Virus record (IMG/VR): IMGVR_UViG_3300048895_000326
Location: 1-39,846 of that record
Direction: 5' to 3' (one strand)
From: a virus
Taxonomy: Duplodnaviria; Caudoviricetes
Length of the DNA: 39,846 bases
This document shows, piece after piece, positions 17,679-26,474 of the stretch (its first letter is position 1; every line of letters starts with the position of its first letter). The position numbers and the translations under genes are program-made. The notes under the pieces were generated by a model. That model was not told the origin of the DNA. It did no database searches and was given only the letters and a program-made list of their open reading frames with translations.

Positions 17679-17929
17679 CCTACACCTACATGTGGATGTC
17701 GGGGCCACGCATCGGGACCGAGTTCGAGCTCGAACAGCGCATCTCGGAGCCGGCGCTGACCGAGCACGAAGGCGAGCGGGTCAAGCGGCTCATCGCCTGC
17801 TCAGCGCCGGTCCAGTTCATCTCGGGGCCAAGCGGCGGCTGGGCCAGCTCTGGCTACTCGAAGCCCGAGTGTCATCGCTGGGCGGAGACGCAGCTCGGGC
17901 GCCCGCTGACGAAACCAGGTGGGCGATGA
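17675..17929 (+). CDS. FmdB-like zinc-ribbon protein lacking the cysteine pairs
   Basis: TYTY..EFELEQRISEPALT..VKRLIA..F..GGW..GY follows the FmdB pattern; GTGA overlap. Confidence 0.6.
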   Translation: MTYTYMWMSGPRIGTEFELEQRISEPALTEHEGERVKRLIACSAPVQFISGPSGGWASSGYSKPECHRWAETQLGRPLTKPGGR

Positions 17930-18039
17930 GCGTCGCGATCTGCCAGGACCTGAGCTGGATCATCGACCCGTGGCTGAAGGACATGCGCCGACAAGCGCGG
18001 AACCTGCGAAAGGCCAAACTCAGGAGGGCGCGCCGATGA
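17926..18039 (+). CDS. Small basic hypothetical protein (37 aa)
   Basis: ATGA overlaps at both ends. Confidence 0.5.
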   Translation: MSVAICQDLSWIIDPWLKDMRRQARNLRKAKLRRARR

Positions 18040-18239
18040 GAACCTATCTGGTCATCACCCAGCGCGAGATCGCGGCGTCTCGCGCCTTCGGACCACGGGG
18101 CCCCGATCTCGTTGAAGCGCGCATTCGGGAGGCTGGGCCATACGCGCACGACTTTGACGCGCGGCTGCAGCGGTCTGCGGCATCAAACGACTGGCGCCTG
18201 GGTTTTCAGGCGCCCGAAGACCCGAGCTGGTGCCTATGA
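18036..18239 (+). CDS. Hypothetical protein
   Basis: AGGAGG RBS; ATGA overlaps. Confidence 0.55.
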   Translation: MRTYLVITQREIAASRAFGPRGPDLVEARIREAGPYAHDFDARLQRSAASNDWRLGFQAPEDPSWCL

Positions 18240-18436
18240 GCTTCACCGAATCAATGCAAGCGCTGCGGATCCAGCGGCTCGAAGAGTGCCTGCGGCGCAC
18301 GTACCACGCCGTGAACGCGGTCCTGACTGACGAGAAAAGTGGGAAGGGTGTCGACGAGAGTCAGCTTTACGAGATCCTCGAAGACATCGACGGTCATTGT
18401 GTGTTCCCGGACGGGCCGCGGCTCCCAGGCGTGTGA
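18236..18436 (+). CDS. Hypothetical protein
   Basis: ATGA overlap. Confidence 0.55.
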   Translation: MSFTESMQALRIQRLEECLRRTYHAVNAVLTDEKSGKGVDESQLYEILEDIDGHCVFPDGPRLPGV

Positions 18437-18720
18437 TGGGTAAGGTCATCGAGTTCCCCAGCAGGGCCCAGATGGTGACTGGGTCCTGCGTCTGCCTGGC
18501 GTGTCGACACGAGTTCGTGCAGACGTCGGACGTCATAGTGAAAGTGTTCCAGTGCCCGCTCTGCACGCTCTGGAAGGCGGTGCGCAATAGTCTCTACCAG
18601 CCGCCGCTAGGGACGGTGGTCCAGCGCTGTTACTGCGGCGGGACATTCTTCTGGAACATCCAGGGCGACGACGGCATCGAGACACTGTGCGTTGGATGCG
18701 GGCACTGGACTGAGCGATAA
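18436..18720 (+). CDS. Double zinc-ribbon protein
   Basis: CLAC, CPLC, CYC and CVGC motifs; TGATG coupling. Confidence 0.7.
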   Translation: MGKVIEFPSRAQMVTGSCVCLACRHEFVQTSDVIVKVFQCPLCTLWKAVRNSLYQPPLGTVVQRCYCGGTFFWNIQGDDGIETLCVGCGHWTER

Positions 18721-18727
18721 TCCACCC

Positions 18728-19033
18728 ATGAAACTCATCGCCGCTCTCGCCCTGGTCGCACTCGCCGCTGGCTGCACGAACCTGACGCCCGCGCAGGAGG
18801 CGCAGTCCGACATGTTCGAATGCAGGGTTGCCGCGTTCCGTCCCCTGGTCGAGCCGGCGTTCGATGCCGCGGACGTCGCCAGGGACGCGCTCGCGGGCAA
18901 GGTCGACCCGAGGCTCATCGCCGCGAAGCTCGGGGCCACCGTGGAGGCCATCAACGCGGCGGTGAGCGCCTGGAATGCCTGCGCGCCCGAAGCCGCTCCA
19001 GAGGTCGCGCCCGTCCAGCTGACGGCGTCCTGA
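18728..19033 (+). CDS. Lipoprotein under a CGATAAT promoter (possible spanin-like lysis protein)
   Basis: Signal MKLIAALALVALAAG-C; CGATAAT at 18715-18721, 6 nt upstream. Confidence 0.7.
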   Translation: MKLIAALALVALAAGCTNLTPAQEAQSDMFECRVAAFRPLVEPAFDAADVARDALAGKVDPRLIAAKLGATVEAINAAVSAWNACAPEAAPEVAPVQLTAS

Positions 19034-19054
19034 GCGAAAGTTCCGGCGCCCGGC

Positions 19055-19208
19055 CGATAATGTCCATAAGAACCGACCCCGACCCTCCGGGGGGTTCAGT
19101 CGCTGAAGCCGCGCAAGGGTCCTCCCCCTCTGGAGTGTAGCACGGCGGAGGTAGCTGGGCCCGAGGCTGTAGCAGGTTCGAAACCTCAGTCTACAGTCAG
19201 GAGGCGCC
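19055..19208 (+). promoter_or_regulatory. CGATAAT promoter and about 140 nt structured leader of the major capsid gene
   Basis: CGATAAT at 19055-19061; stems 19085-19094/19126-19135 and 19165-19172/19191-19198; CAGGAGG RBS. Confidence 0.6.
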
Positions 19209-20588
19209 GTGGCGTCTTTCAGCTCGAAGTTTCTGAAGAAGCGGTTCAGCCCGTACAACCTGCAGACCATCGTCGACCGCACCAGCCCCTTCGTGGCCGT
19301 GCTCGACAAGCCGACTCAGGGCGGCTCCAGCGTCGCAGAGGGCGTGATCCTCAGCGGCCCCAAGGGGCAGTCGTTCCAGTTCCAGGCGGCTCAGGCTGTC
19401 AGCGCGGATGGCTCCTACACGTTCACGCCCCAGGGCGCGACGACCGCCATCACCGTCGTGAACACCGGCAACGGCGCGTCCAACTATGATGAGTTCATCT
19501 CGACCTACGGTGACTACCATGGCGTCGCGACCGTCACGGCGAAGGCTGTCGCGGGTTCGAAGACGAACATGGACGCCTACCTCCGTCAGCTCAATGAGGT
19601 GATGGAGAGCGAGATCGGTGCCTTCATCGAGGTTGGAGCGCGCAAGCTGCTCGGCCCGGTCGGCGGCGCTCTGGCGCAGGTCACGAACATCGCCACGGGC
19701 GCCCAGGCTGGCGCCTACACGCTGAGCAACCCCAGCGACGCCTACAACTTCAGCGTCGGCATGGTCATCATGTTCGCGACTACGAACGGCAACGGTACCG
19801 CGACGGTGGTGGGCACCACGCAGCCTGCCTTCGCGTACGTCCAGGCGGTTTTCCCGGACGGTGATGGCCCTAACGCGGGAGCTCAGCTTTACATCGGCAA
19901 CGCGGTGTTCAACGGAACGGTCACCCCGACATTGCCTCAGCCGGGCAACGGCGGAGCGACCCCGGCCAACAACGCCTTCATCTTTCGCCTGGGTGACGTC
20001 GCGCAGGGTACCGACCTCAGTGACGCTCAGATCCGCTCCTTTCAGAGCTGGGTGACACTCGCGGCTGCGCAGGGCACAGCGTTCAACGTCAACCGGTCGC
20101 AGGACGCTCGTCTCTCGGGCTTCCGGCTTCCATCGGTGGTCAGCGCGGGCATGTCGGTCCTGGACCGAATCCAGCTGCTGGCAACGATCGGGCGCAGCCA
20201 GGCCGGCGCGAAGAACGCCACTCTCTGCGTGGTCGGGCCCCGCACCTGGCAGCAGCTGGCGACCGAAGCGCAGTCGTACGGAACGCTGCAGTTCACGAAG
20301 GAGATGAAGCTCGGCGTGGAGCTCCTGACCATCATGACCTGCAACGGCCCGACGCAGGTGATGAACGACCCCCACTGCGTGGAGTCGGATATCTGGCTCT
20401 TCACTCGAGAGAACCTGAAGCTCTACAACTACGACGGCTTCCCGTGTCTCGATGAGGGCGACGGGAACGAGATCCTCCGCCAGGCCGGCGCCGCTGGGTA
20501 CGAAGCCCGCTGGCACGCCTTCACCTGCGCGACGGTGAACGGCAAGCCCTGGACGCATGGGCGCTCAGACTCAGGTATCGCCGCGTAA
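19209..20588 (+). CDS. Major capsid protein
   Basis: 459 aa, strongest RBS in the genome, biased codons, position ahead of adaptor/nozzle genes, capsid-like C-terminal pattern (QVMNDPHC..DIWLF). Confidence 0.8.
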   Translation: MASFSSKFLKKRFSPYNLQTIVDRTSPFVAVLDKPTQGGSSVAEGVILSGPKGQSFQFQAAQAVSADGSYTFTPQGATTAITVVNTGNGASNYDEFISTYGDYHGVATVTAKAVAGSKTNMDAYLRQLNEVMESEIGAFIEVGARKLLGPVGGALAQVTNIATGAQAGAYTLSNPSDAYNFSVGMVIMFATTNGNGTATVVGTTQPAFAYVQAVFPDGDGPNAGAQLYIGNAVFNGTVTPTLPQPGNGGATPANNAFIFRLGDVAQGTDLSDAQIRSFQSWVTLAAAQGTAFNVNRSQDARLSGFRLPSVVSAGMSVLDRIQLLATIGRSQAGAKNATLCVVGPRTWQQLATEAQSYGTLQFTKEMKLGVELLTIMTCNGPTQVMNDPHCVESDIWLFTRENLKLYNYDGFPCLDEGDGNEILRQAGAAGYEARWHAFTCATVNGKPWTHGRSDSGIAA

Positions 20589-20717
20589 GGTCACGCTTGC
20601 TCATCCCCGCTCGGGCCATGGCGGTCGGGCGGGGGAAGCATCTCTGCAACGCGCCTTCGGGCGCTCCAATGAGGCCGGATGCGTTCCGGCTGAGGCGCAA
20701 GCCAGAAGGACTGAATC

Positions 20718-21161
20718 ATGATTCAAGGCGTTTTCCCGAGGCTCTTCGGCAATTACCGCGAGGGCGCGATCCTGTCGGCGAAGTTCACGGTCGGAGGTGG
20801 CGGCGCGGCGGCCATCACGTTCACCCTGAAGACGCTGACCACGGGCGGCCGCAAAGTGGCGAGCTTCCCGGGCGTCAGCATCGCACGGACCGGAGTCGGC
20901 ATCGCCACGGTGTCGCTGCGTGGAACCGGCTCTTCGCAGACCAGCTCGCTGGGCGTCCTGGACCTGAGCGTCGCTCAGCTCATCCACGTCCCCGCGTCAG
21001 CGACGGCCATCGCCAGCTACTTCCATCTGTTGCCCAGCAACTTCAACGACGCGGCCGGCACGTTCGATTTCAAGCCGACCACGCAGGCCGGTGGAGCCTT
21101 CGCAGAGTTCGCCATGGCCAACGGCGATGAGATTCACACCATCCTGTACGTGAACAAGTAA
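20718..21161 (+). CDS. Putative head decoration/minor virion protein
   Basis: Beta-rich, follows the capsid gene; GAAGGA RBS. Confidence 0.55.
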   Translation: MIQGVFPRLFGNYREGAILSAKFTVGGGGAAAITFTLKTLTTGGRKVASFPGVSIARTGVGIATVSLRGTGSSQTSSLGVLDLSVAQLIHVPASATAIASYFHLLPSNFNDAAGTFDFKPTTQAGGAFAEFAMANGDEIHTILYVNK

Positions 21162-21164
21162 GCC

Positions 21165-21446
21165 ATGAAGCAAGTGACCAGTATCGGCGGCAACCCAGCG
21201 CTCGCCTTCACCGCGCCAGCGGACGGAATCTACGTGTTCTGGGTAGCGTTGCCGCCTTCGTCTCACCTGTCATGGGCCAACGGGTCACCCGACTCTGGCA
21301 GTGAGAACAACCTGTCCACCACGGCCACGGCATGCAGAAACATCCAGGTGTTTCTGCACGACGGTGACACGGTGGAGTTCGCCGGCCCTTCCCCGTCATC
21401 GACCGCCGACATTGCTGGCGTTCGGCTCGGGGACGAACTGACCTAA
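21165..21446 (+). CDS. Hypothetical protein (possible virion protein)
   Basis: Compact ORF 3 nt after the previous stop. Confidence 0.55.
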   Translation: MKQVTSIGGNPALAFTAPADGIYVFWVALPPSSHLSWANGSPDSGSENNLSTTATACRNIQVFLHDGDTVEFAGPSPSSTADIAGVRLGDELT

Positions 21447-21488
21447 AACGTCACCCATTGACCCCCAAGAGGGATTGGCTCATGACCT

Positions 21489-21683
21489 ATGGAATGGCTA
21501 CAGATCGTCTCGCAGATGGGGTTGACGGGGGTTCTGGCGTACATCGTTCAGAGACTCTGGGGGAAGTGCGAAGCGCAGCAGATCGAGATCGCGAAGCTGA
21601 ACGAGCTCCGCCTGCAGGACCGGGAGGAAGCGGCGGCCGCTCGTATTTCGGACCTGAAGTCGATGCTGCGGCCCGACGACTGA
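21489..21683 (+). CDS. Putative holin-like single-TM protein
   Basis: N-terminal TM (IVSQMGLTGVLAYIV) followed by a coiled coil, BhlA-like layout. Confidence 0.5.
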   Translation: MEWLQIVSQMGLTGVLAYIVQRLWGKCEAQQIEIAKLNELRLQDREEAAAARISDLKSMLRPDD

Positions 21684-21789
21684 TTCGCAGGATCCTGCGC
21701 GAGGGACGGGTATCTACCTGTCCCCGCGCGGTGTCGCGGGTCGCCGAGCGCATTCTCTCTGAGCTCGAGGCCGATAATCCTCAGGAGAC

Positions 21790-21993
21790 ATGAAAACGAA
21801 GGACCTGCTTTTCGCGGTCGGCGCCGATGAGGACGCCGATGCCGTTTCCGAGGATGCCGAGGTGCCCGAGGATGCCGAGGTCATCGACGAAGATGCTGAA
21901 GCGGACGAAGCCATCGACACCTTTCTGGACGCGAAAGCGGACCCCGAGACCAGGCGCGAAGCTTTCCGCCGCGCCGTGAAGAGGCTCTGCTGA
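21790..21993 (+). CDS. Small acidic hypothetical protein
   Basis: CGATAAT at 21772-21778 and AGGAG RBS. Confidence 0.65.
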   Translation: MKTKDLLFAVGADEDADAVSEDAEVPEDAEVIDEDAEADEAIDTFLDAKADPETRREAFRRAVKRLC

Positions 21994-22319
21994 TGTCCGA
22001 CAAGATCATCGCCCTGACGGGCCCCGCAGCTCTGGCCACCACGGCCACAACCGTTTTCACGAACGTGTCCGGCGATGAGGTCCTGGTGCGCCACGCCCGC
22101 TTCAGCAACACCGCGGGCGCCAGCGCCACGGTCAACCTGTCGGTGGGCACCGACGCGACCGGCACTCGAATCGTTCCCGGCAAGTTGGTTGCCGCCAACG
22201 ATTCGCTCGATGTCTTCTTTAACCCCGGTATCCCGCTGACGGGCACCCAGACGCTCCAGGCCTTCGCGTCCGCTGTCACGGTCAACCTGGCGGTCTGGGG
22301 AACCAAGCGGTACGTGTGA
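21993..22319 (+). CDS. Putative virion structural protein (beta-rich)
   Basis: TGATG coupling; Thr/Val/Ala-rich. Confidence 0.6.
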   Translation: MSDKIIALTGPAALATTATTVFTNVSGDEVLVRHARFSNTAGASATVNLSVGTDATGTRIVPGKLVAANDSLDVFFNPGIPLTGTQTLQAFASAVTVNLAVWGTKRYV

Positions 22320-22630
22320 TGTCGCCCCTGGCTCTGACGGCGGCGGGCATCGGGCTCGCCCTGTTGGGCTGGGGCGCGTTCTCAGCGTACTTCGCGTGGG
22401 TGGCGGCACACGCCACCTTCGTCGCCATGAAGCGCATGGCGAAGGAGCAGAAGCGCCAGGGCGCCGTGCTGGACAACGTGTTCCGCATGGTTTGGACGCG
22501 GGTCGCGCAGAAGCCTCGCCCGAAGGCTGCCGCGGCCCCGCTCGACTGGAGCGATGACCACCGGTTGACCGAGGTCAGCGGCGAGCACGAGCGGGCCCTG
22601 ACGGACTTCGACTGGCGCAAGCCAGAGTAG
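22316..22630 (+). CDS. Membrane protein with N-terminal TM segment
   Basis: LALTAAGIGLALLGWGAFSAYFAWVAA hydrophobic stretch. Confidence 0.55.
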   Translation: MMSPLALTAAGIGLALLGWGAFSAYFAWVAAHATFVAMKRMAKEQKRQGAVLDNVFRMVWTRVAQKPRPKAAAAPLDWSDDHRLTEVSGEHERALTDFDWRKPE

Positions 22631-22653
22631 GGGTCGGCCAGCGATAATCTGGC

Positions 22654-23415
22654 ATGCCTCAGAGTCTTCGCCTGGATGACGCCAGGGCCCAGCTGGTGTT
22701 TCTCGCTGCCATCGACGGGAAGAACGGCGCCAACGGGCGCTTCTCACCGACGAACCTGAACCTGCTGCTGAACCGCAAGTATCGGGCGCTGCGCTCGCGC
22801 GTCAGCCAGCTCGGGACGCCTCAGTTCATCCAGAGCACGACCGCGGCGGCCATCCCCACGCAGACGGCTGGCGAAGACTTCGTCGACCTACCCATCCCCG
22901 CGGCCATCGGCGAGGTGGTCGGGGTCGACGTGACGAATCAGGGCGGCTTCCCCGCGCTCGGCCTGCGCTGGCAGAAGCTGGACGCCATCGAGTTCGGGCA
23001 GAGGCGCGACATCCCGTTCATGGTCCCCACCCATGGCGTCGGCTTCTGGGCAGTGCGCCAGGCGCCTGTGCCGAGCGGCGCCACTATCACCGCCGGCAAG
23101 ATCGCAATCTGGGGCTCGCCGAACGCCTACAGTCAGTCGACGGTGCTCGCGGGGCAGTACGTCATTCACTCAGTGGACACGTGGGCGGACATCACGACCG
23201 ACTCCAACGTGTTCATGATCTACGAAGCGTGGGACGAGTGGTTTCTGAACGCGGCGGCCATGACTTGCTGCCAGCGCGACAAGGATAAGAGCGACCTCTA
23301 TGCGCAGGCGAAAGAAGCCTGGCAGGTGGCGGACGCCCTCATAGTGGAGAGCGCGGCCCGCCTCCAGCGCGGCGGCTTCACTGTGCCCACCGGGTACCTC
23401 GGGGGAACGCTGTGA
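22654..23415 (+). CDS. Head-tail adaptor (tail tubular A / P22 gp4-like)
   Basis: Helical termini (LNLLLNRKYRAL; WDEWFLNAAAM), precedes the nozzle gene; CGATAAT 5 nt upstream. Confidence 0.65.
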   Translation: MPQSLRLDDARAQLVFLAAIDGKNGANGRFSPTNLNLLLNRKYRALRSRVSQLGTPQFIQSTTAAAIPTQTAGEDFVDLPIPAAIGEVVGVDVTNQGGFPALGLRWQKLDAIEFGQRRDIPFMVPTHGVGFWAVRQAPVPSGATITAGKIAIWGSPNAYSQSTVLAGQYVIHSVDTWADITTDSNVFMIYEAWDEWFLNAAAMTCCQRDKDKSDLYAQAKEAWQVADALIVESAARLQRGGFTVPTGYLGGTL

Positions 23416-26400
23416 AGGTCGTTCACTTCCCGCTGTCGCTCGGTCGCTATGACCGAGTAGAGCCGCGCCTGGCGCCGCTCGGGGTGCTCGCGGCGTGCAA
23501 AAACCTGCGCGTCCAGAAGGATGGCCGCCTGGTGTCGCGAACCGGGTACGTCCCCCAGGCCGCCAGCACGGCCACGGGTGGGACGCTGGTGCCCTTCGAC
23601 CTTCACGAGTTCAACAGCCGGTTGCTCGCGCTCGGGAATGACTCCAGCGACGGTGTCCCCACCGAGCTCTTCGAGTTCGTCAACCTGGCGAGCGCCGCCT
23701 GGCGCGGAACCGACGTCAGCAGCAACCCCACGCTGACGCCGTTCACGAACCCGCTCGAGGTGGCGGGCATCAGCCAGGTCGGTGACGGCATCGCCGCGAT
23801 GTCCGCGGCCGCGGGTGGCGGCTTCGTCGCGCTGGCGTGGCGCACCATCAATACCAACGACACCTTCTGCCTCATCGCTCGCCAGGACACGGGGCAGGTG
23901 TTGCACCATGAGAAGGTGGTGACCGACGGCAATCGCCCGGTCCTGACCTTCGCGGTCGACACCTTCTATCTCCAGGTGAACCGCACCAGCGGCGATCTCA
24001 GCATCTTCGACTTTACGCCAGGGACAGACCTGGCGTTCCAGACCTTCGCGACCCCGAGCACCGGCAACGCCAGCAACTCTCACGACCTGGTGCCCGTCAC
24101 GAACGCCTCCACTTGGCGCGTGGCGAGCGCCTCGGGGGAGACGGGAACCACCGCAAAGGTCCGCATCTACAACTCTGCCGGCGCCCAGCAGGGTTCCACG
24201 GCCACGAACTCGGCCATCACCTCCATCGTGGTGAGCGTCGACGTCGACCAGGTGGACAACACCATCAACCTGTTCTCGGTCTTCGGCACGAACACGGCCC
24301 AGCTTCGCACGTTCAACGCGACCACGGGCGTCCTAACCCTGGGTCCCACCGCGACCACGGTCGGCGTGTCCGGCGCGCTCTGCCGCGTCCCCCCGGTCGC
24401 TCCGCAGGCGGCGAGCATCGCGGTGGTCGTGAACGACGCCAACAGCAACGCGGTCTGCCAGTTCTTCAGCCAGGCCGCCCACGCGCTGGTTCTCACGACC
24501 ACGGCGCAGCGCGCGCTATGCCGCTCGCGGCCGGTCGTCTCCACCTACAACCTTAAGAAGCGCGGGGTCGTCTTCTCGGGTGTCGTCGCGCCAGCGCTGC
24601 CCGCCGTCACCGACACGGCCACGGGTATCCCCGTCGCCAGCAACGCCCTCTTCTACCTGACCGACACCGACGCGCACATGGCGACCCGAGACGTGGGGAA
24701 CGCCGTCGACATGGGCACCATCAGCGGCACGATGGGGGGCATCATGAACCTCCAGCGCGACACCAGCTCGGGGCGCCTCGCCTGGATCGGGGCGCGCAAC
24801 ACCAGCGTGGCGCTCGGTGGGCTGCCGCTCGCCCAGCCTTCGGTGACGCTCATCAGCTTCAGGAGCACCGCTCGGCGCCAGTCGGCGCAGTACGGCGGCC
24901 TGCTCTACTTCACTGGCGCGCCCGTCCAGGCCTACGACGGGACGATTCTCTCGGAGCTCGGGTTCAATGAGATACCGGGCATCTACTCGGCGACCCCGGC
25001 CGCGGGCGGCTCGCTGAACCCGAGCGCGCAGTACACCTACGCGCATCACTGGGAGTACACCCGCGCCGATGGCTCGCTCGAGCAGAGTCCGCCGTCCATC
25101 GTGTTCCAGGCCAATACTGGCGCAGCGCAGACGCAGAACACGCTGGTGGTCTCCACGCCGCATTCAACCCGGGTGGCACTCGGCGGCCTGCTCTTCGGCG
25201 GCTCGGTCATCTCGGTGCTGTCCCGGACCGTTTGGGACCCCGTCACGCAGACCAGCGGCAGCGTGTTCCGGCGCTGCGTCGTGAAGCAGGTTCCGACCGG
25301 CATGGCCAACTACGGGGCGCCGCTCACCATCCTGGACCAGGTCAGCGACATCACCCTGGCAACCCAGGGCGTCATCTACACCCAGGGCGAGCACGGGGAG
25401 CTCTCTGGCCCCGTGGAGAACGACGCACCCGAGGGCTGCAGCTACATCAGCTCGAGCTCGGCGCGGCTCGCCATCGCCGGCCTGGCGCGACCCTTCGAGT
25501 TCACCGAATCGAAAGAGGCGTTCCTGGATGAGCCGGTCAACTTCAGCTCGTTGTCGAGCTTCTACGGCAAGATCAGCAAGCCCGTCGTCGGCATCCTGTC
25601 GCTGGACGGCGTCCGGGCCCTGTTCAGTCGCGACGCCATCTACGCGGTGACGGGCGCCGGAGTGAACGACATCGGCGGCGGGCGCCTTCCCCCGGCGGTG
25701 GAGATTCCGACCGCGAGCGGGCTGAAGGACTGGCGTAGCCTTCTGAAGGCTCCAGACGGCATCTACTTCCAGCTGGACGACGACAAGCTTTACCAGATGC
25801 CGCGCGGCAGCGGCGCCCCGACCTGGGCAGCGGTCGACATCCAGGACACCCTGGACGCCTTCCCCACGATCACCGGCGCGTGCCTGAACCGGCGCGACGA
25901 CAGCATCGCCTTCGCGTGTCAGAACCTGGCGGGCAACGACTCGCGGATCCTGGTGCGGAGCCTGCGCACTACAATCTGGAGCGAAGACACGCCGCCGCTC
26001 CAGGCCGCGGGCGACATCAAGGCTCTGGTGAACGTGGGCGACGGGATGGCCTACATCAGCGGGGCGCTCGTCTACATCCAGAGCCAGACCGTCTACGCGG
26101 ATGCCGGCTCGGTCATCACCACGCAGTGGAAAACGAACCCGCTCTACCCGTTCGAGCTCGGCGGGTACGGAACGCTCCACGCCATGCTGGCAACGGGCGA
26201 GTTCCGCAGCGCGGGGACGCTGGCGCTCAGGGTGAGCTATGATGACGGCGTGACCTTCCAGACCTACGACTCGTTCGTGCTGACCGGGCTGACCGTGGGC
26301 GCCACCTTTCAGCGACGCTGGGCGCTGCAGCAGAGCGACCTGACCAGCGTGGTCTTCGAGTGGACCTTTACCCCCAGCGCGCCGGGCGAAGGATGCATCC

Positions 26401-26474
26401 TGCTCGGGGCAGCGATGCTGGTCGACCCCGAAGCTGGCCAGCTTAAGCAGCTCGACCCCGCGGAGATGGCATGA
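23412..26474 (+). CDS. Tail nozzle (tail tubular B / P22 gp10-like), 1020 aa
   Basis: All-beta sequence; N-terminal [18 protein letters not shown] and C-terminal LRVSYDDG patterns typical of podovirus nozzles. Confidence 0.75.
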   Translation: MKVVHFPLSLGRYDRVEPRLAPLGVLAACKNLRVQKDGRLVSRTGYVPQAASTATGGTLVPFDLHEFNSRLLALGNDSSDGVPTELFEFVNLASAAWRGTDVSSNPTLTPFTNPLEVAGISQVGDGIAAMSAAAGGGFVALAWRTINTNDTFCLIARQDTGQVLHHEKVVTDGNRPVLTFAVDTFYLQVNRTSGDLSIFDFTPGTDLAFQTFATPSTGNASNSHDLVPVTNASTWRVASASGETGTTAKVRIYNSAGAQQGSTATNSAITSIVVSVDVDQVDNTINLFSVFGTNTAQLRTFNATTGVLTLGPTATTVGVSGALCRVPPVAPQAASIAVVVNDANSNAVCQFFSQAAHALVLTTTAQRALCRSRPVVSTYNLKKRGVVFSGVVAPALPAVTDTATGIPVASNALFYLTDTDAHMATRDVGNAVDMGTISGTMGGIMNLQRDTSSGRLAWIGARNTSVALGGLPLAQPSVTLISFRSTARRQSAQYGGLLYFTGAPVQAYDGTILSELGFNEIPGIYSATPAAGGSLNPSAQYTYAHHWEYTRADGSLEQSPPSIVFQANTGAAQTQNTLVVSTPHSTRVALGGLLFGGSVISVLSRTVWDPVTQTSGSVFRRCVVKQVPTGMANYGAPLTILDQVSDITLATQGVIYTQGEHGELSGPVENDAPEGCSYISSSSARLAIAGLARPFEFTESKEAFLDEPVNFSSLSSFYGKISKPVVGILSLDGVRALFSRDAIYAVTGAGVNDIGGGRLPPAVEIPTASGLKDWRSLLKAPDGIYFQLDDDKLYQMPRGSGAPTWAAVDIQDTLDAFPTITGACLNRRDDSIAFACQNLAGNDSRILVRSLRTTIWSEDTPPLQAAGDIKALVNVGDGMAYISGALVYIQSQTVYADAGSVITTQWKTNPLYPFELGGYGTLHAMLATGEFRSAGTLALRVSYDDGVTFQTYDSFVLTGLTVGATFQRRWALQQSDLTSVVFEWTFTPSAPGEGCILLGAAMLVDPEAGQLKQLDPAEMA

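Noticed and set aside
19165-19198. tRNA gene (GGTTCGAAACC T-arm-like sequence)
   Set aside because: No D-arm, anticodon arm, acceptor stem or CCA could be built; treated as part of the capsid leader
20665-20705. Hammerhead ribozyme-like CCAATGAG-stem-TGAG
   Set aside because: The core CUGAUGA and GAAA consensus is not matched
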